The notes: generated by a model not told the origin, from the letters alone. A DNA stretch of 63,851 bases, filler included, from Octopus bimaculoides (GCF_001194135.2; 5 parts of 5 records of this genome joined end to end with filler, not necessarily neighbours in it); one strand, 5' to 3'; positions 24,463 to 38,272 are shown, numbered from the whole stretch's first letter. Program-made: numbers and translations.

Positions 24463-25844
24463 TCTGCTCTTTTTCAAGCCTGGCAACCTTTATCCCTATA
24501 AGAAATACTGTTCTAGATTAAATGTTTGTTTATTTACTAAATACCAAACAACAAAGGTGTGTCAATATCAACATTGCTTTTTGATTCTCTTAACTGAGAA
24601 TCACTTCAAGAAACAAACCCTTCGTTTGTATCGCAAGTTGACTTTCATAGCAAGCAATGTTTCTCTCTCTCTCTCCCCCCACCACACTCTCTCAAAATGT
24701 AGTTAGTTAACCAACATCTCCTGCTATCCTTATATAGCTGAAAACATTTTCAGATGATTCATTCAATTTAATAGTTATTCAATCACTATTAACACGTTAC
24801 CTAACGTGTGTATCACTGAAGACACCAGCAGAGTGGAATAAATATAACATTCGTTATGTACTGCATATTGTGGGAGTCATCAATAATGCCCAAGCAGCAG
24901 TTTATACAGGGAACCAGAACATATAAATGGTTAAAAAAGTTGAAAAATACATAATTTATATCAAAATTAGTCCATTGGTACAAAAGAAAATATAGTACAA
25001 AATGGGATGGGCAGGCAAAGTCTTAATTCAATAATTATTACATTGAAACAATACAGACCAACCTATCTCCAGAGTTACCCTATAGACATCATTTTACATC
25101 TATTTTCCATGTTTAGATGGGTCACTATAATCCAAAACCATGTGATTGGATAACAAATTTCTTAGCTATGCAGCCATGCCGGCATCTAAGAAATCTATAT
25201 TTCCCATATATGAAGTAATAAAAACAATTTAATTAATAATGTCAGTAATAACTACTTTAACATTTCCAACTCATAAAATTTCATTATCTCTCTTTTACTC
25301 TTTTACAAAGACAAAAAATTACATTATCTCAAATTTTAACTTTTTGTGCAGATGCATCAAATAACCAGCTGGAGGAGGCCTTCTCCTGTGGTTAAAATAG
25401 CAGTAATGTCGGAACAGCTAAGTTTAAGTGGCGATAAACATTACTTCTTAGTATAATACTGCTTTTATCTCTTTTAGAGATTTTCTTAACTAGCTAATTT
25501 GCTTATCTTCTTGTGATTTCGCAGAAAAACCAAAATTTGTGGGTGCTTTTGAACTCTGCATATCGAAGTATCATTGTCACTGTTTTAATGTTCACTCTTC
25601 CATGCTAATATGGGTTGGCTGGAGTTTATTGAGATAAATTTTCTTATGGCCAAAGGCCCTTCCTGTCACCGAACCACTCCTGTTTCCTAGCAAAGTAATA
25701 TCTCTCCATGGTCAGACATCTTTTTGCAGAATAGTGGAAATGAATAACACTGCTTATATGACAGTGACACTCATTTACAATTTTCTCATGGTGCCAAGAC
25801 AAGGGGACACAAACATGCACACACACACATCTTTTATCGTTTAA

Positions 25845-26098
25845 CTCATTAGACTGCGCCATGCTGGGGTACTGTCTTTGAGAATTGACCCCAGCACTTG
25901 TTATTTTTTTTTAAAGCATGGTACTTATTCTATCAGGCTCTTTTGCCAAACTACTAAGTTGAAGAGATGTAAACATACCAACACCAGTTGTCAAGTATTA
26001 GTGGGGGGACAAACACAGATACAAAAATACACATGTATAGATATATATATATATATCGACTTTAAATAGAGCTCAAAACTGATTCATTGACAATACTT

Positions 26099-26136
<38 letters not shown>

Positions 26137-26570
26137 CTCAACTGTGAGTATTTTGCTAAGTTTGTTAACAGATACTATATTCTTTTGCCTAATTTTTGGT
26201 ATAAAAAAATATATATAAACACGTATAGATATAAATACATATATACAATAGGCTTCTTTCAGCTTCCATCTACCAGATTCACTCACAAGGTTTTAGTAAG
26301 TCCAGGGCTAATGCAGAAAATGCTTGTCCAAGGTACCATGCAGTGGAACTGACCCTAGAACCATGTGACTGGGAAGCAAGCTTCTTACTATACAACCATC
26401 CCTGCACATAACAGGCTTCTTACAGTTTCTGTCTATCAAATCTACTCACAAGGTTTTAGTCAGCCCAAGGGTATTGTAGAAGACATGTATAAGGTACCTC
26501 ACAGTGGGACTGAACCTAAAGCCATGTGGTTAGGAAGCAAGCTCCTTAACCACAAAGCTACACCAGCACC
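25845..26570 (-). mobile_element. SINE family C pieces (one tail, two heads)
   Basis: Tail about 25845-26035; heads about 26245-26400 and 26410-26570. Confidence 0.7.
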
Positions 26571-27665
26571 AACAAAACTAAATAATACTACATGGCATTT
26601 AATTTGATACTCCACTCTTTCTCTCAACTCACTGCCTTCATTTTTATATTAAGTACAAGAACATTATTTTTCTACCCTTGAAATACCAACTGCCATTTTT
26701 CTAGAACTACATTATACGAAATATAATCAATACGTACATTCTTTTCCACGCTATAGTACCATTTTATTTCATTGTTTACAGTATGACTTCTACTGAAGTT
26801 GAACAATTTTTTCGGATAAATGGTATTTTTTTCTCTTTTTCTTTCATTTCATTCTTTTCATTTCTAAAATACTTTTAGAAGTGATGGAACTGCTATTCAA
26901 CTATGTTGATATTAAAAGTAAATATCACCTATTTACAGGCAATCATTCCAATCTATTAGCATGTATTACCTAGTTAATTTGGCACAATTTTCAATTTCTT
27001 TCAAAAACACTGTTTTGGCATTTCTGAAATGAAAACATAAAATCTTGGAGTTCACCATATATATAACAAAAAAAAAAAAGAGTAAACATATAAAATAAAA
27101 TAAACCTCTAGAACAATTAATTTTTTCAGGTTTCTTCAGTCATTTTTGACCACTAAACCCACTTGATTAATAGAAAATATTTTCAAGTATATCAACAATA
27201 ATTTTTTTTTATAAATTAGGTAATAAGAAAATAAAAATGAAGCTAATTTTTGTTTTGTTCATATGTCATTAGACAGAAAGCAACAAGTTATAATTAAACA
27301 GAGATTTTGGCGAAGATAGGAGGAATGAGAACAAAATACCACTCAACAACATAATAGCCTAGCTTCCATCATTAATCATCATCATCATCATCCTCATTAG
27401 GTGATTACTCTAATGAGATAGATCTTTCAGAAGTAGGATGGCCTTTTCTGCAGTAATCAATAAGTTTTTCAGTATAGCATTGCATATACTGAAGGAGAAA
27501 TTATTATTTCAAACAAAAGACCGAATCAACCTATCATTCTATCATCATCACTATCATCATTGCTGTCATTTTCATCATTTTAACAATTGCTATTTATTTA
27601 TATTCTTTAAGCAAGCATCCCAGTGGAATAGAAATGCAGTTAACCAGTTTTAATGATTTTTTTTT

Positions 27666-27707
<42 letters not shown>

Positions 27708-28718
27708 TTTTCTAATTAAAAGAAATAGAATTAAATATAAATTCAAGATAGCAATTTCGAGGCTACAGATAGTCAGGAATGCATTCCTTTCAATGAGATA
27801 GATTTCTTAATAAATAATAAGTAATAAGTAAAAAAAAAAACAAAACAACAAAAAAAAAAAACAGCTGCTTCTGAGAAGTAGCATTATGTAAAAGCTTTAA
27901 GTATGACACACCTACGTTGAGTCATTATACTTGCAAATATGTAAAAACAGTGGTGAGAGATAGTTTTAACCTGTTAAATGCACAAATATTTTGTTTAGCA
28001 ATAAAGCGTATGTAATTGGAGCCGAGCTTTTATGGTGAGAGGTCCTTCTGAGTGTCAATCATTTTGTCTTATATCTTTACGTTGACTTGTTTAGGCTGTA
28101 GCCATGTTGCAGAAATTGCTTTGAAGAATTTTAGTTGAACGCATCAACCTCAGTGTGTATTTCTTTTAAGCCTGGTACTAATCTTATCGTTCTTTTCTGT
28201 TGAACCGCTAAGTTACGGGAATGTAAATATACCAACACTGGTTGACAAACAGTGGCGGTGGGGGCGTAACAAACACAGACACGAACACACACACACACAC
28301 ACATACATACACACACACACACACACACATACACATATAGCTCATGGCTGCGTGTTGTGTTCTTGAGCAAGACACTTTATTTCACATTGTTCCAGTTCAC
28401 TCAGCTGTAGAAATGGCTTGTGATGTCCGATTAGAATTACGAGGGTAAGGGTACCCTCATAATTGCTGGCCTTGTGCCAATATTTAGAAAGAATCATTAC
28501 TGTTATTCTGGCAGAGTTGTCAGTATGGTGGACAAAACGGTTAGCCGTATTTATTCTGGGCTTTTTGTTTCCAGTTTAAATTCTATCAAGGTCAACTTTG
28601 CCTTTCATCATTTTGGGGTCAATGAAATAAATACCAATCAAACATTGCCCCTTTCTCCAAAATAGCTGGCTGTGACCCCAAATTAGAAATAATTATGATC
28701 ATTATTATTATTGTTGCT

Positions 28719-28937
28719 CAGGTGGTGAGCTGGCAGAATCGTTAGCACACCAGGCAAAATGCTTAACAGTATTTTGTCTGTCTTTATGTTCTGAGTTCAA
28801 ATTCCTCCGAGGTTGACTTTGCCTTTTATACATTCAGGGTCAATAAAATAAACACCAGTTGATCACTGGGGTTGATGTAATTGGCTTCCCTGCTCCCTCC
28901 CCGAAATCGCTGGCCTTGTGCCAAAATTTGAAACCAT
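28719..28937 (+). mobile_element. SINE family A copy
   Basis: ggtggtgagctggcagaatcgttagc...tttgaaacc. Confidence 0.8.
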
Positions 28938-29449
28938 TATTAGTATTATTGTTNNNNNNNNNNNNNNNNNNNNNNNNNNNNNNNNNNNNNNNNNNNNTTA
29001 ATTAATTAANNNNNNNNNNNNNNNNNNNNNNNNNNNNNNNNNNNNNNNNNNNNTATATATATATGTATGTATGTATGTATGCATGTATGTATGTATGTAT
29101 ACGCACACATACACATACATACACACATCAACAATTAGAGCTGAAGAAACAGAACAATAAAAGAATTATATCTTCCATCCAACAGACATATTCGCTCGAT
29201 CCCAGGCAAAATCAAAATCATTATTGTCCTCATTGTGACTTCATAGCAGATTCCATACCTGGACTCAAAACATGTTCATGCAACCATTGCAAAAAGATGC
29301 AGCGTATTTTACTATTTTATTTTTAGAGTGTTTTCCTTGTCTTACGTCTTTTTTTCTCTCAATTTGTCATTTAAATTCTCTTCTTCAAACTCTCATACGT
29401 CTAAATCGACGAGAGTGACCATCATACATACATACATACCTACATACAT

Positions 29450-29873
29450 TGTTGGCACTCCGTCGCTTACGACGTCGAGGGTTCCAGTTGATCCGATCAA
29501 CGGAACAGCCTGCTCGTGAAATTAACGTGCAAGTGGCTGAGCACTCCACAGANNNNNNNNNNGTGAAATTAACGTGCAAGTGGCTGAGCACTCCACAGAC
29601 ACGTGTACCCGTAACGTAGTTATCGGGGATATTCAACGTGACACAGTGTGACAAGGCTGACTCTTTGAATTACAAACACAACAGAAACAGGAAGTAAGAG
29701 TGAGAGAAGGTTGTAGTGGAAGAGTACAGCAGGGTTCGCCATCATCCCCTGCTGGAGCCTCGTGGAGCTTTATGTGTTTTCGCTCAATAAACACTCACAA
29801 CGCCCGGCTTGGGAATCGAAACCGCGATCCTATGACCGCGAGTCCGCTGCCCTAACCACTGGGCCATTGCGCC
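29450..29873 (-). mobile_element. SINE head B + tail Y
   Basis: Near-identical to 17941-18322; contains an 11-N gap with overlap duplication. Confidence 0.9.
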
Positions 29874-30183
29874 TATACATACGTACATACATATATGCAT
29901 GCATGTATACATACATACATACATACATACATACATACATACATACATGCATACGTACGTACATGCATACATACGTATATGTATATGCATATACAATCAT
30001 GTAACCATTGTAAAGTATATTAAGACATATAGAACTCAATACCTCAGTAGAGTACATAAATATATTTCTTATACCAAAATTTGCCAGTCTATTCGGAATT
30101 TTGCCGTTGGCTTTTCACAACTTTAAGGATCAAAAGAGGGATTTGTTGTACATACGCACACATATACACGCATACATGCATAT

Positions 30184-30220
<37 letters not shown>

Positions 30221-31254
30221 TGTGTGTGTGTGTGTGTGCGTATGTGTGTGTGCATGCGTGCGTGTTTGCAGTTAATTAGACATTAACATGAAAATACAGC
30301 AAATCCCTCCTTCAAATTTGCAGTCATGGACATTCAGAGTAAACTTTCAGCTCAAGATAGAGAGAGGGGGGAGAAAGAGAGAAAAAAAGAAAAAGAGAGA
30401 GAGAGAGAGATCACAAACTAGAAATTTTAAGATCTTTGTAAAGAGAAACAAAAGATAAACTAAATATATGAAATCTATGCATTTTGTCCTTATAATTCCT
30501 TTATTTCAAATTCAAATTTCCTTTCTTACCAAATATTATGAATAAATGATTATCCCCCTTGTCATAATTGTGACAACAATGATAACCATACTTGTTGGAA
30601 AAACTCTAACCGTAGTTTTGTGAGAATCCATTTAAACCGTCGGCGATGTTTAAGGTGTTATGTTTATGAATAAATGTTTGTACCACTACATATGCGAAGG
30701 GTTAATACCTTGGAATAACAGCTTGAAACATATATCTACACCTCAGAGAATATGTCGGAAAACGGCTTGTGAAATTTCTTTGTAGCTAAAACTGAAATTA
30801 TTGGCAACAAAAGATATTTTCACAAGGTAGAATTTCCTGGAAGCAGTTATTATCTTGTTATTTTGTAAACACTTAGAATTTCCTCTCTTCTCTCATTTCC
30901 TACACAACTAACGTTCTATGATGAAAAAAAAAAAACACATTCGATGAATTTTCTCTGGGCTGTAATTATTTCTATTTTTAATGAAATGCCTCGCTTCCTA
31001 AAATGATTAATTTATAATGTAAGTCACAAGATGTATCAGGCTGACACTTTCTAAAAAGAATGAAATAGAGCTACACATGATTATCACCGACTGGAAGATT
31101 TAAGAACCTCGTAATAAGTAAGCAAAAAATTTAAAATGTGAATTCTATGTATCTTTTTACTTCTTATTTCTTAATTTCAAACATAAAATTTTAACCGATA
31201 AAAATATTTTTATCTTCCTTGCATTAGCTGCAACGACAAGAGGATCTACGCGTC

Positions 31255-31255
31255 T

Positions 31256-31332
<77 letters not shown>

Positions 31333-31405
31333 CGGATGGATGGACGGACGGACGGACAGACAGACAGACAGACAGACAGATAGATAGATAGATAGATATA
31401 TATAT

Positions 31406-31468
<63 letters not shown>
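31255..31468 (+). repeat. Compound tetranucleotide microsatellite (TAGA)n-(GATG/GACG)-(CAGA)n-(TAGA)n
   Basis: Direct reading; representative of many TA, TG, CT, ACAT, AAG and ATT tracts in the window. Confidence 0.95.
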
Positions 31469-31470
<2 letters not shown>

Positions 31471-31504
31471 GTGTATATATATTTGTATACGAGTGTGTGT
31501 GTAT

Positions 31505-31897
31505 TTCATCATTCACTTGTTTTAGTCATCAGACTACGTCCATGCTGCAGCACTGCTTTGAAGAGTTTAGTCGAACAAACCGACAACAGGACTTTTTTCG
31601 TTTTTTTTTTTTTAATTCAATCGGTCACTTTTGACCGAGACAATAAGTTATACAGTCATAAACAAACCAGCACCGGCTATCAAACGGTGATGGATGACAA
31701 ACACATACAGATACAAACATCGGTTCATACATATATACAATGAGCTTCTTTCAGCTTCTATTAACCAAATCCACTCAGAAAGATTTGGTTGGCTTGGGGC
31801 AATAGTAGAAGACACTTGCCCAAGGTGCCACGCAGAGGGATTAAAACCGGAACTGTATGGTTAACAAGCAAGCTCCTTACCACACAGCCACGCCTGC
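31505..31897 (-). mobile_element. SINE family C
   Basis: Reverse-complement match to 15063-15450. Confidence 0.82.
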
Positions 31898-31899
31898 AG

Positions 31900-32008
<109 letters not shown>

Positions 32009-32024
32009 GGTGTGTGTGTGTGTA

Positions 32025-32635
32025 CAGGGTGCAATTAATAAATTGTCGACTACATTACGCAAAAATGAAAATAAAATTATCTCATTTTAACAGCTAATTT
32101 TACCAAAATTACATAAAAATATCTTGAAACAATATAAAGTATAAATTTATTCAATAAAATTGCCGTTAGCTTCAACCACGGCCTCCAGACAACTTCGGAA
32201 TCTCCTGTAACTCTTCTGGATGGTCTCCCTGTTTAAGTTGATGAATACTGCGATAATCCTTGCTTTCAGTTCATCTGTGTTGCTCTCTCACTCAACCGCG
32301 CCCCACACGTAATATTCAAATGGGTTGCAGTCTGGAGAGTTACGTGGCCAGATGTTAGGAGTGATGTAGTTTCAGAAATTGTCTGACAGCCATGACTAGG
32401 TTTTCCTGCTTGTGTGGCATAGTGCAAAGTGCTGTTGCCAGACATAGGGTCTTCCAGAAGCTACTCTCTTTATCCAAGGCAGCACTACCTCTGCCAGGCA
32501 CTTGATGTAGGCCTCCGTGTTGAGTTTGAGACCGTGTGAGAAGATGAATGGAGGCATAACGTCCCCATCATTAGTGATCAGTCCAAACACCATGATGTTG
32601 ACTGGATGTTTGATTTTTATCACTCTCGGTGCATG
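32025..32635 (-). mobile_element. Tc1/mariner (maT/DD37D-like) transposase 3' fragment with one TIR
   Basis: KHPVNIMVFGLITNDGDVMPPFIF...WQQ(H)FALCHTS...WPRNSPDCNPFEYYVWG. There are 37 residues between the 2nd and 3rd catalytic positions, which read H and E here; two stops. TA|CAGGGTG terminus at 32023-32031. Confidence 0.88.
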
Positions 32636-32699
32636 TCCTCAGATTGCACTGCCCTCACATTGACAACCAAACACTCTGAAATGTTCGTATTGAAACTTG

Positions 32700-33650
32700 C
32701 GGAGTGGAAGAGTTCTAACAGAACTATCTGCTTAGAATCTTCTGAGAAGAGCACTATATCTAGCCTAAGTGGTGTTGAGGCAACAGTTTCTGGGAACTTC
32801 ATTTGCTTCGTCAGGTTGACTTTCAGCTCTCAGCCTTTAGCTGTCACAAGTTGGTCCGGGGAGGACTTAGCAGCTGGCACTCGCTTTATACAAGCATTGA
32901 CAAAGAACATAATTTTCATGGGGCAAAGGTGTCAGTTACGGCTAGTCCTACTTCGAAGGGTGTCTGTTATGACTTTCAAGCCCTCGTCATGCCTCCAGCA
33001 GTAGCATCTATTTCCCATGGCTTTTGAACAACTACTGAAAATGAGCACCAGGTTTCTTCCCCTCGAGCGCAGGAGAGAAGCTGGTGACTCCAATGTTACC
33101 CAGCAGAACAAGTTAGATAGGCTTGTTAGGACATCGCAAACTACCTGAATTTAGAAGTTTATGCGGTGGGGCTCTGCTCTCCAAATGTCAAGATATAAGA
33201 CTGGTCCCATCACAGCCAGCCTCATCCTAATAAATTGCTGATTCGCTCCTTCTCAAACCATGTTCAACACTCATTCTGGATAGTAGCCTCCTAAAATGTT
33301 TCTGCACCTTGACAATGTGAAGTGCTGTAACGCTCTCCAGGACAGCCCTAACACGGGGCATGACACTGATGATTGCTGTCTCTTAGTCGCGTCTCTGAAT
33401 CCTCAACAGACACTACTGCTCTTCATTTCCATCTTGCTCTGACTTTAATACCAGCTTGAGAGACTTTGCGATCGCAGCAATCTCTCTATTGCAGCACCTC
33501 ACCAGTAATGGTCATTTCCGATTCTCTTTGGCTGTTAATGTGGAACTTGTTATTCTTTCAATACGAGATGCTACTCATGCACCGAGGAAGTCCTTGCTAT
33601 TTCTGCAGGAACCCACCAATTCTCTTCTCAAAGCTCTCTATAAACTAACC
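32700..33650 (-). mobile_element. HERO/NeSL-like non-LTR retrotransposon fragment (post-RT, decayed CCHC, restriction-like endonuclease)
   Basis: Across stops and frameshifts: FLQK*QGLPRC, AGIKVRARWK, DIWRAEPHRINF*IQVVCDVL, FSSCSKAMGNRCYCWRHDE, QMKFPETVASTPLRLDIVLFSEDSKQIVLLEL (PD-(D/E)xK-type RLE motif). Confidence 0.8.
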
Positions 33651-34493
33651 CTGCTTTCCTTCATTTTCGAATTCATCTGAATGATACATACACACACACG
33701 CACACATATATATATACACGCAAATATATATTTACATATAATCTTATAAATATATATATGTGTGTATATGTGTGTATATATATATATGTCCATATAATAC
33801 ACATTTGCATATACACATTATATGTCCATATAATACACATAGAAGAAGAAGAAGAAGAAGAAGAAGAAGAAGAAGAAGAAGAAGAAGAAGAAGAAGAAGA
33901 AGAAGAAGAAGAAGAAGAAGATAGAGAGAATATATTTGCGTGCACAAAGAAACTCATGGACTTGCTAATATGTCGGGACGCAAATATAGAAAGAAAGAAA
34001 GAAAAGTGCGTTAAAGAAAAGGAGGTAATGAGACAGACAAAGAAATTGAAGGAAAGAGAACAGATGAAGAGAGAGCGGGTGGAGAGAAAGAGAGAAATTG
34101 TTAGAAAATAGAGAGAAAAGACACAGCTCGCAGCGACATCTAACCTAAAACACATGAACGACAAAAAAAATTGTAACAACATAAACGTGCTCCATGAAAG
34201 GTGGTTAGGTTAAAGATGTTGTAAATTGAGGCCAGCCGCTATGTTGAGATCTGCTGCTCGTTCTTTCATAATTTCTTTACCATTTAGAAAATGAACGTTT
34301 TTTATTTATTTATTTATTTATTTATTATATTTTGTTAATGGTTTACATTCATTTTACATTTTCTTTATTTTTATTTTTATTTTTACTTCTTTTCAGTCGA
34401 CATATTGGCTGCACCCATTTATAAAATAACAGGCAACGAGTTACCTCCTCCTCCATCTGCCAACATCGGTCTCTCGCACTATCATTCACTCAC

Positions 34494-34531
<38 letters not shown>

Positions 34532-34600
34532 GTTCTCATTCTATAACTCCTCTCTTTATCACATTCTAACTATACAGTACACAATATATTTAGTGTTGTA

Positions 34601-34815
34601 AGGCGGCGAGCTGGAAGAAACGTTAGCACGCCGGGCGAAACGTTTAGCGGTATTTCGTCTGTCTCTACGTTCTGAGTTCAAATTCTGCCGAGGTCGGCTT
34701 TGTCTTTCATCCTTTCAGGGTCGATAAATTAAGAACCGGTTTCGTACTGGGGTCGATCTAATCGACTGGCCCCTCCCTAAAAATTTCGGGCCTTGTGTCT
34801 AGAGTAGAAAAGAAT
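34601..34815 (+). mobile_element. SINE family A monomer
   Basis: aggcggcgagctgg...gagttcaaattc...ctagagtagaaaagaat. Confidence 0.9.
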
Positions 34816-34991
34816 ATATTTATTGTTGTTATCATTGCGTTGTTGTTTAACCCTAGGTCAGCCATCATCAGGACAGAACAATGATCAAAGGTATTCTGAC
34901 CGTGATTACCCAGTCTTTCTTTAGTATGTAGCACTAAATAATTATCATGACTCCTTCCCTTGTTTAAGTCGGTAGGATACGATCTAGGGCG

Positions 34992-35308
34992 AAGTCGCGT
35001 GGCTTAGTAGTTAGGGTAATCGGCTCACAATCGTAAGATCGTGAGTTCGATGCTCAGCGGCGCGCTGTGTCCTTGATCAGGACATTTTATTTCACGTTGC
35101 TCAGTCCACTCACCTGGCAAAAAGGAGTAGTACCTGTATTTTAAAGGGTCAGCCTTGTCCCATTGTGTCACGCTGAATCTGAGAACTATGTTAAGGGTAG
35201 ACGTGTCTGTGGAGTGCTCAGCCACTTGCACGTTAATTTTACGAGCAGGTTGTTGTGTTGATCGGATCAATTGGGAGTCTCGTCGTCGTAATCAATAGAG
35301 TGACAGAC
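34992..35308 (+). mobile_element. SINE head E + tail Y
   Basis: E head up to about 35130, then gtacctgtatt...gagtgctcagccacttgcacgttaatt. Confidence 0.85.
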
Positions 35309-35962
35309 ATATGACCTAGGGAAGATTTGGTTGTTATTTCTAGCAGTTGGTATGACAATATTCTAACCCTCTCATTGAATCGATTCTCTTATGCCGTTGT
35401 TCTTTAGTTCCAGCTTGGCCCACGTTGAACGAAACTATGATCAGATACCCCAGATATATTCACATCAAATTTATATTATGTACATCATGTTTATATTATG
35501 TAAGACATGAAATATTTCCTTTATTTTAAGACGATTAGCCATTTAGCATTTTATCCGGCTATATCAGGCCAAAATATTCTACCTGCTTTATGTCCAATCA
35601 GGCTAGATCTGGCCTCTAATACCAACCCTACAATGTCATTGTAAAAATTAAAAAATCAGATCATCGGAATTCTGAAGCTACAAGATAATGCATGTTTAAT
35701 TCAAAAGAATGTGAATAAAGAAGCATTACATTTGAAAGACTAATCTGAATGCTAGAGGTTTAAATGTTATTTGAACAAAATTCGTTTGTTATTTCTAGGA
35801 GATCGAGTGACCACATTGAAACTTATGCCTCTGTTGGTGGTAACAGTGGCTATGTCTGTAGAGGCGGTGATACTAACGTTGCTGTTGTTGTCGCTACCGG
35901 TGATGGCGGTGTTGGAAATGAAAACAGTAGACCTGTACAACAAAACGCATTACAGTATTTCG

Positions 35963-36295
35963 TGGTGCTAGTTGGTTAATTTTGGTATATTTCTTATTAC
36001 ATGTAGCTAAAAGAAAAATGTATGTTTATGCAATCTTTCTTAAACTTCCCTTCAGTTACGCCTAAGTATCCTACGTATAGCAGTAAGCGCTGATTTATAG
36101 ATTATGGTTAGTGCGTTCCACTAACTGCAAATCTTGTTGGTGCTAGTTGGTTAATTTTGGTATATTTCTTATTACATGTAGCTAAAAGAAAAATGTATGT
36201 TTATGCAATCTTTCTTAAACTTCCCTTCAGTTACGCCTAAGTATCCTACGTATAGCAGTAAGCGCTGATTTATAGATTATGGTTAGTGCGTTCCA
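35963..36295 (+). repeat. Identical 158-bp direct duplication with a 17-bp spacer
   Basis: 35963-36120 equals 36138-36295 by base-by-base reading. Confidence 0.92.
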
Positions 36296-38055
36296 AAATT
36301 TATTTCATTATATCTTTCGCTTTTAAATATACATGTAACAAACATGTAAAAGGCATTATCGTGTATAACACTCGCTTTTCAGAATTGCACATATATGAAA
36401 ATTTGAAAGATTATTATCAGTTACATAGATAACAAAACATAAATTCATGAAAATATATGTAATAGCATCGATCAACTCGCTAAGACGATGTGCTTTCTTA
36501 GAGATTTACTATTTTATCTTAAAAAGTGAAGTGCCTACATACATGGGCACTTATCTACAACATTTATGTGAAGCGGGCAAATAATATGACTGCCCAAACT
36601 TATGTATGACTGTACTTGATGTGATCCAGACTGCAAGATTGATGCAGCATAATATGATGCACAGTATCCCAGCCATAAAGAACAGTTTCGGGATAGGTCG
36701 AAACGATCGTGATACAAAATAAATGGTTATACCAATTCCATCTTCTGTTTATTTAATCGAGTATTATTTCAACTAACACTGCGGAATTCCAAAGGAAATA
36801 TACCCCAACTGCGGATGACACTAGGTAGCCCAAACTGTGCCAGTGCTTTATTCAACACATCAGAACACTAATTGACTTATACTCATTAGTCTAAAATATT
36901 ACATATATATATATATATATGGATGTAGATGATGCCCTTGCTGCCGATAAAAGGGTATCGTCAAGAACCTCTCGGTCGACCTGCTGGGGCAGCCAGGATA
37001 CTTCCATAAATCCCTCTGTCTCTTGATCTCTGGGCATTAAAAGTAGACCCAGCTTCTTTCATAGTTCACAAGATACTAAAGTACTCCTAGATTGGAGATA
37101 ATGAGCTCAATCTCCATGCAGTCAGAAACGCATTTTTCCTTCTGTTCGTTACTGGGTACCACGGGAACAAACTTAAGATTTAACGTGACAGTCCCAATAA
37201 GGGAATATACTACTGCTATTTGGCCCTAGGAAGCTGGACCGCTTCCTGTCGTCCTTGACACATTTCCTGAGTCCTTATGTTTGCGAGGGGGAGACAAACT
37301 CCTCCACCCAGCCCAGCCTGCATTCAAGGACTTTGCTCGTCATCAGCCTGAAGTAGCAAGACTAGCTGGCTGAAGAAGTTTGTCAAGCTTTCGCAAACAT
37401 ATACTATTTCAGTGAAACACATTCACTGATTACAAAAATTAGAAATAATACATTTCTAAATCTCTCAGAGAGACTTAAGCAAACATAAGGACAGGAAATT
37501 GTCNNNNNNNNNNNNNNNNNNNNNNNNNNNNNNNNNNNNNNNNNNNNNNNNNNNNNNNNNNNNNNNNNNNNNNNNNNNNNNNNNNNNNNNNNNNNNNNNN
37601 NNNNNNNNNNNNNNNNNNNNNNNNNNNNNNNNNNNNNNNNNNNNNNNNNNNNNNNNNNNNNNNNNNNNNNNNNNNNNNNNNNNNNNNNNNNNNNNNNNNN
37701 NNNNNNNNNNNNNNNNNNNNNNNNNNNNNNNNNNNNNNNNNNNNNNNNNNNNNNNNNNNNNNNNNNNNNNNNNNNNNNNNNNNNNNNNNNNNNNNNNNNN
37801 NNNNNNNNNNNNNNNNNNNNNNNNNNNNNNNNNNNNNNNNNNNNNNNNNNNNNNNNNNNNNNNNNNNNNNNNNNNNNNNNNNNNNNNNNNNNNNNNNNNN
37901 NNNNNNNNNNNNNNNNNNNNNNNNNNNNNNNNNNNNNNNNNNNNNNNNNNNNNNNNNNNNNNNNNNNNNNNNNNNNNNNNNNNNNNNNNNNNNNNNNNNN
38001 NNNNNNNNNNNNNNNNNNNNNNNNNNNNNNNNNNNNNNNNNNNNNNNNNNNNNNN

Positions 38056-38272
38056 ATTTCCTGGAAAGTTCAAATTTCCTGGAAAGTTCATAATTAAATA
38101 AATGTTTTAATGATTATAAAGACGCCCAATAGAATAGCTCTCAGAAACAGACTACGTACAAATTCTTCATAACTCTTGAAGCAATTTTCTGACGGGGGGG
38201 GGTGAAATCTTAATACAGCTAGAGGCTCCATTCGAAACAGGGGACCCGAAATGATAAGGTTGAGAAACACTG
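38056..38272. mobile_element. hAT-type MITE right end
   Basis: Ends AAGGTTGAGAAACACTG (38256-38272), a typical hAT TIR form. The left part is lost in the N gap. Confidence 0.45.

Noticed and set aside
29510-29605. Direct duplication inside the SINE across an 11-N gap (likewise 50686-50815)
   Set aside because: Typical unmerged contig overlap.
30690-30706. gcgaagggttaa, a piggyBac-like end
   Set aside because: No matching opposite TIR found.
33758-34111. 117-aa Glu/Lys/Arg-rich coiled-coil-like ORF
   Set aside because: An (AAG)n tract plus purine-rich low complexity; no splice or homology support.
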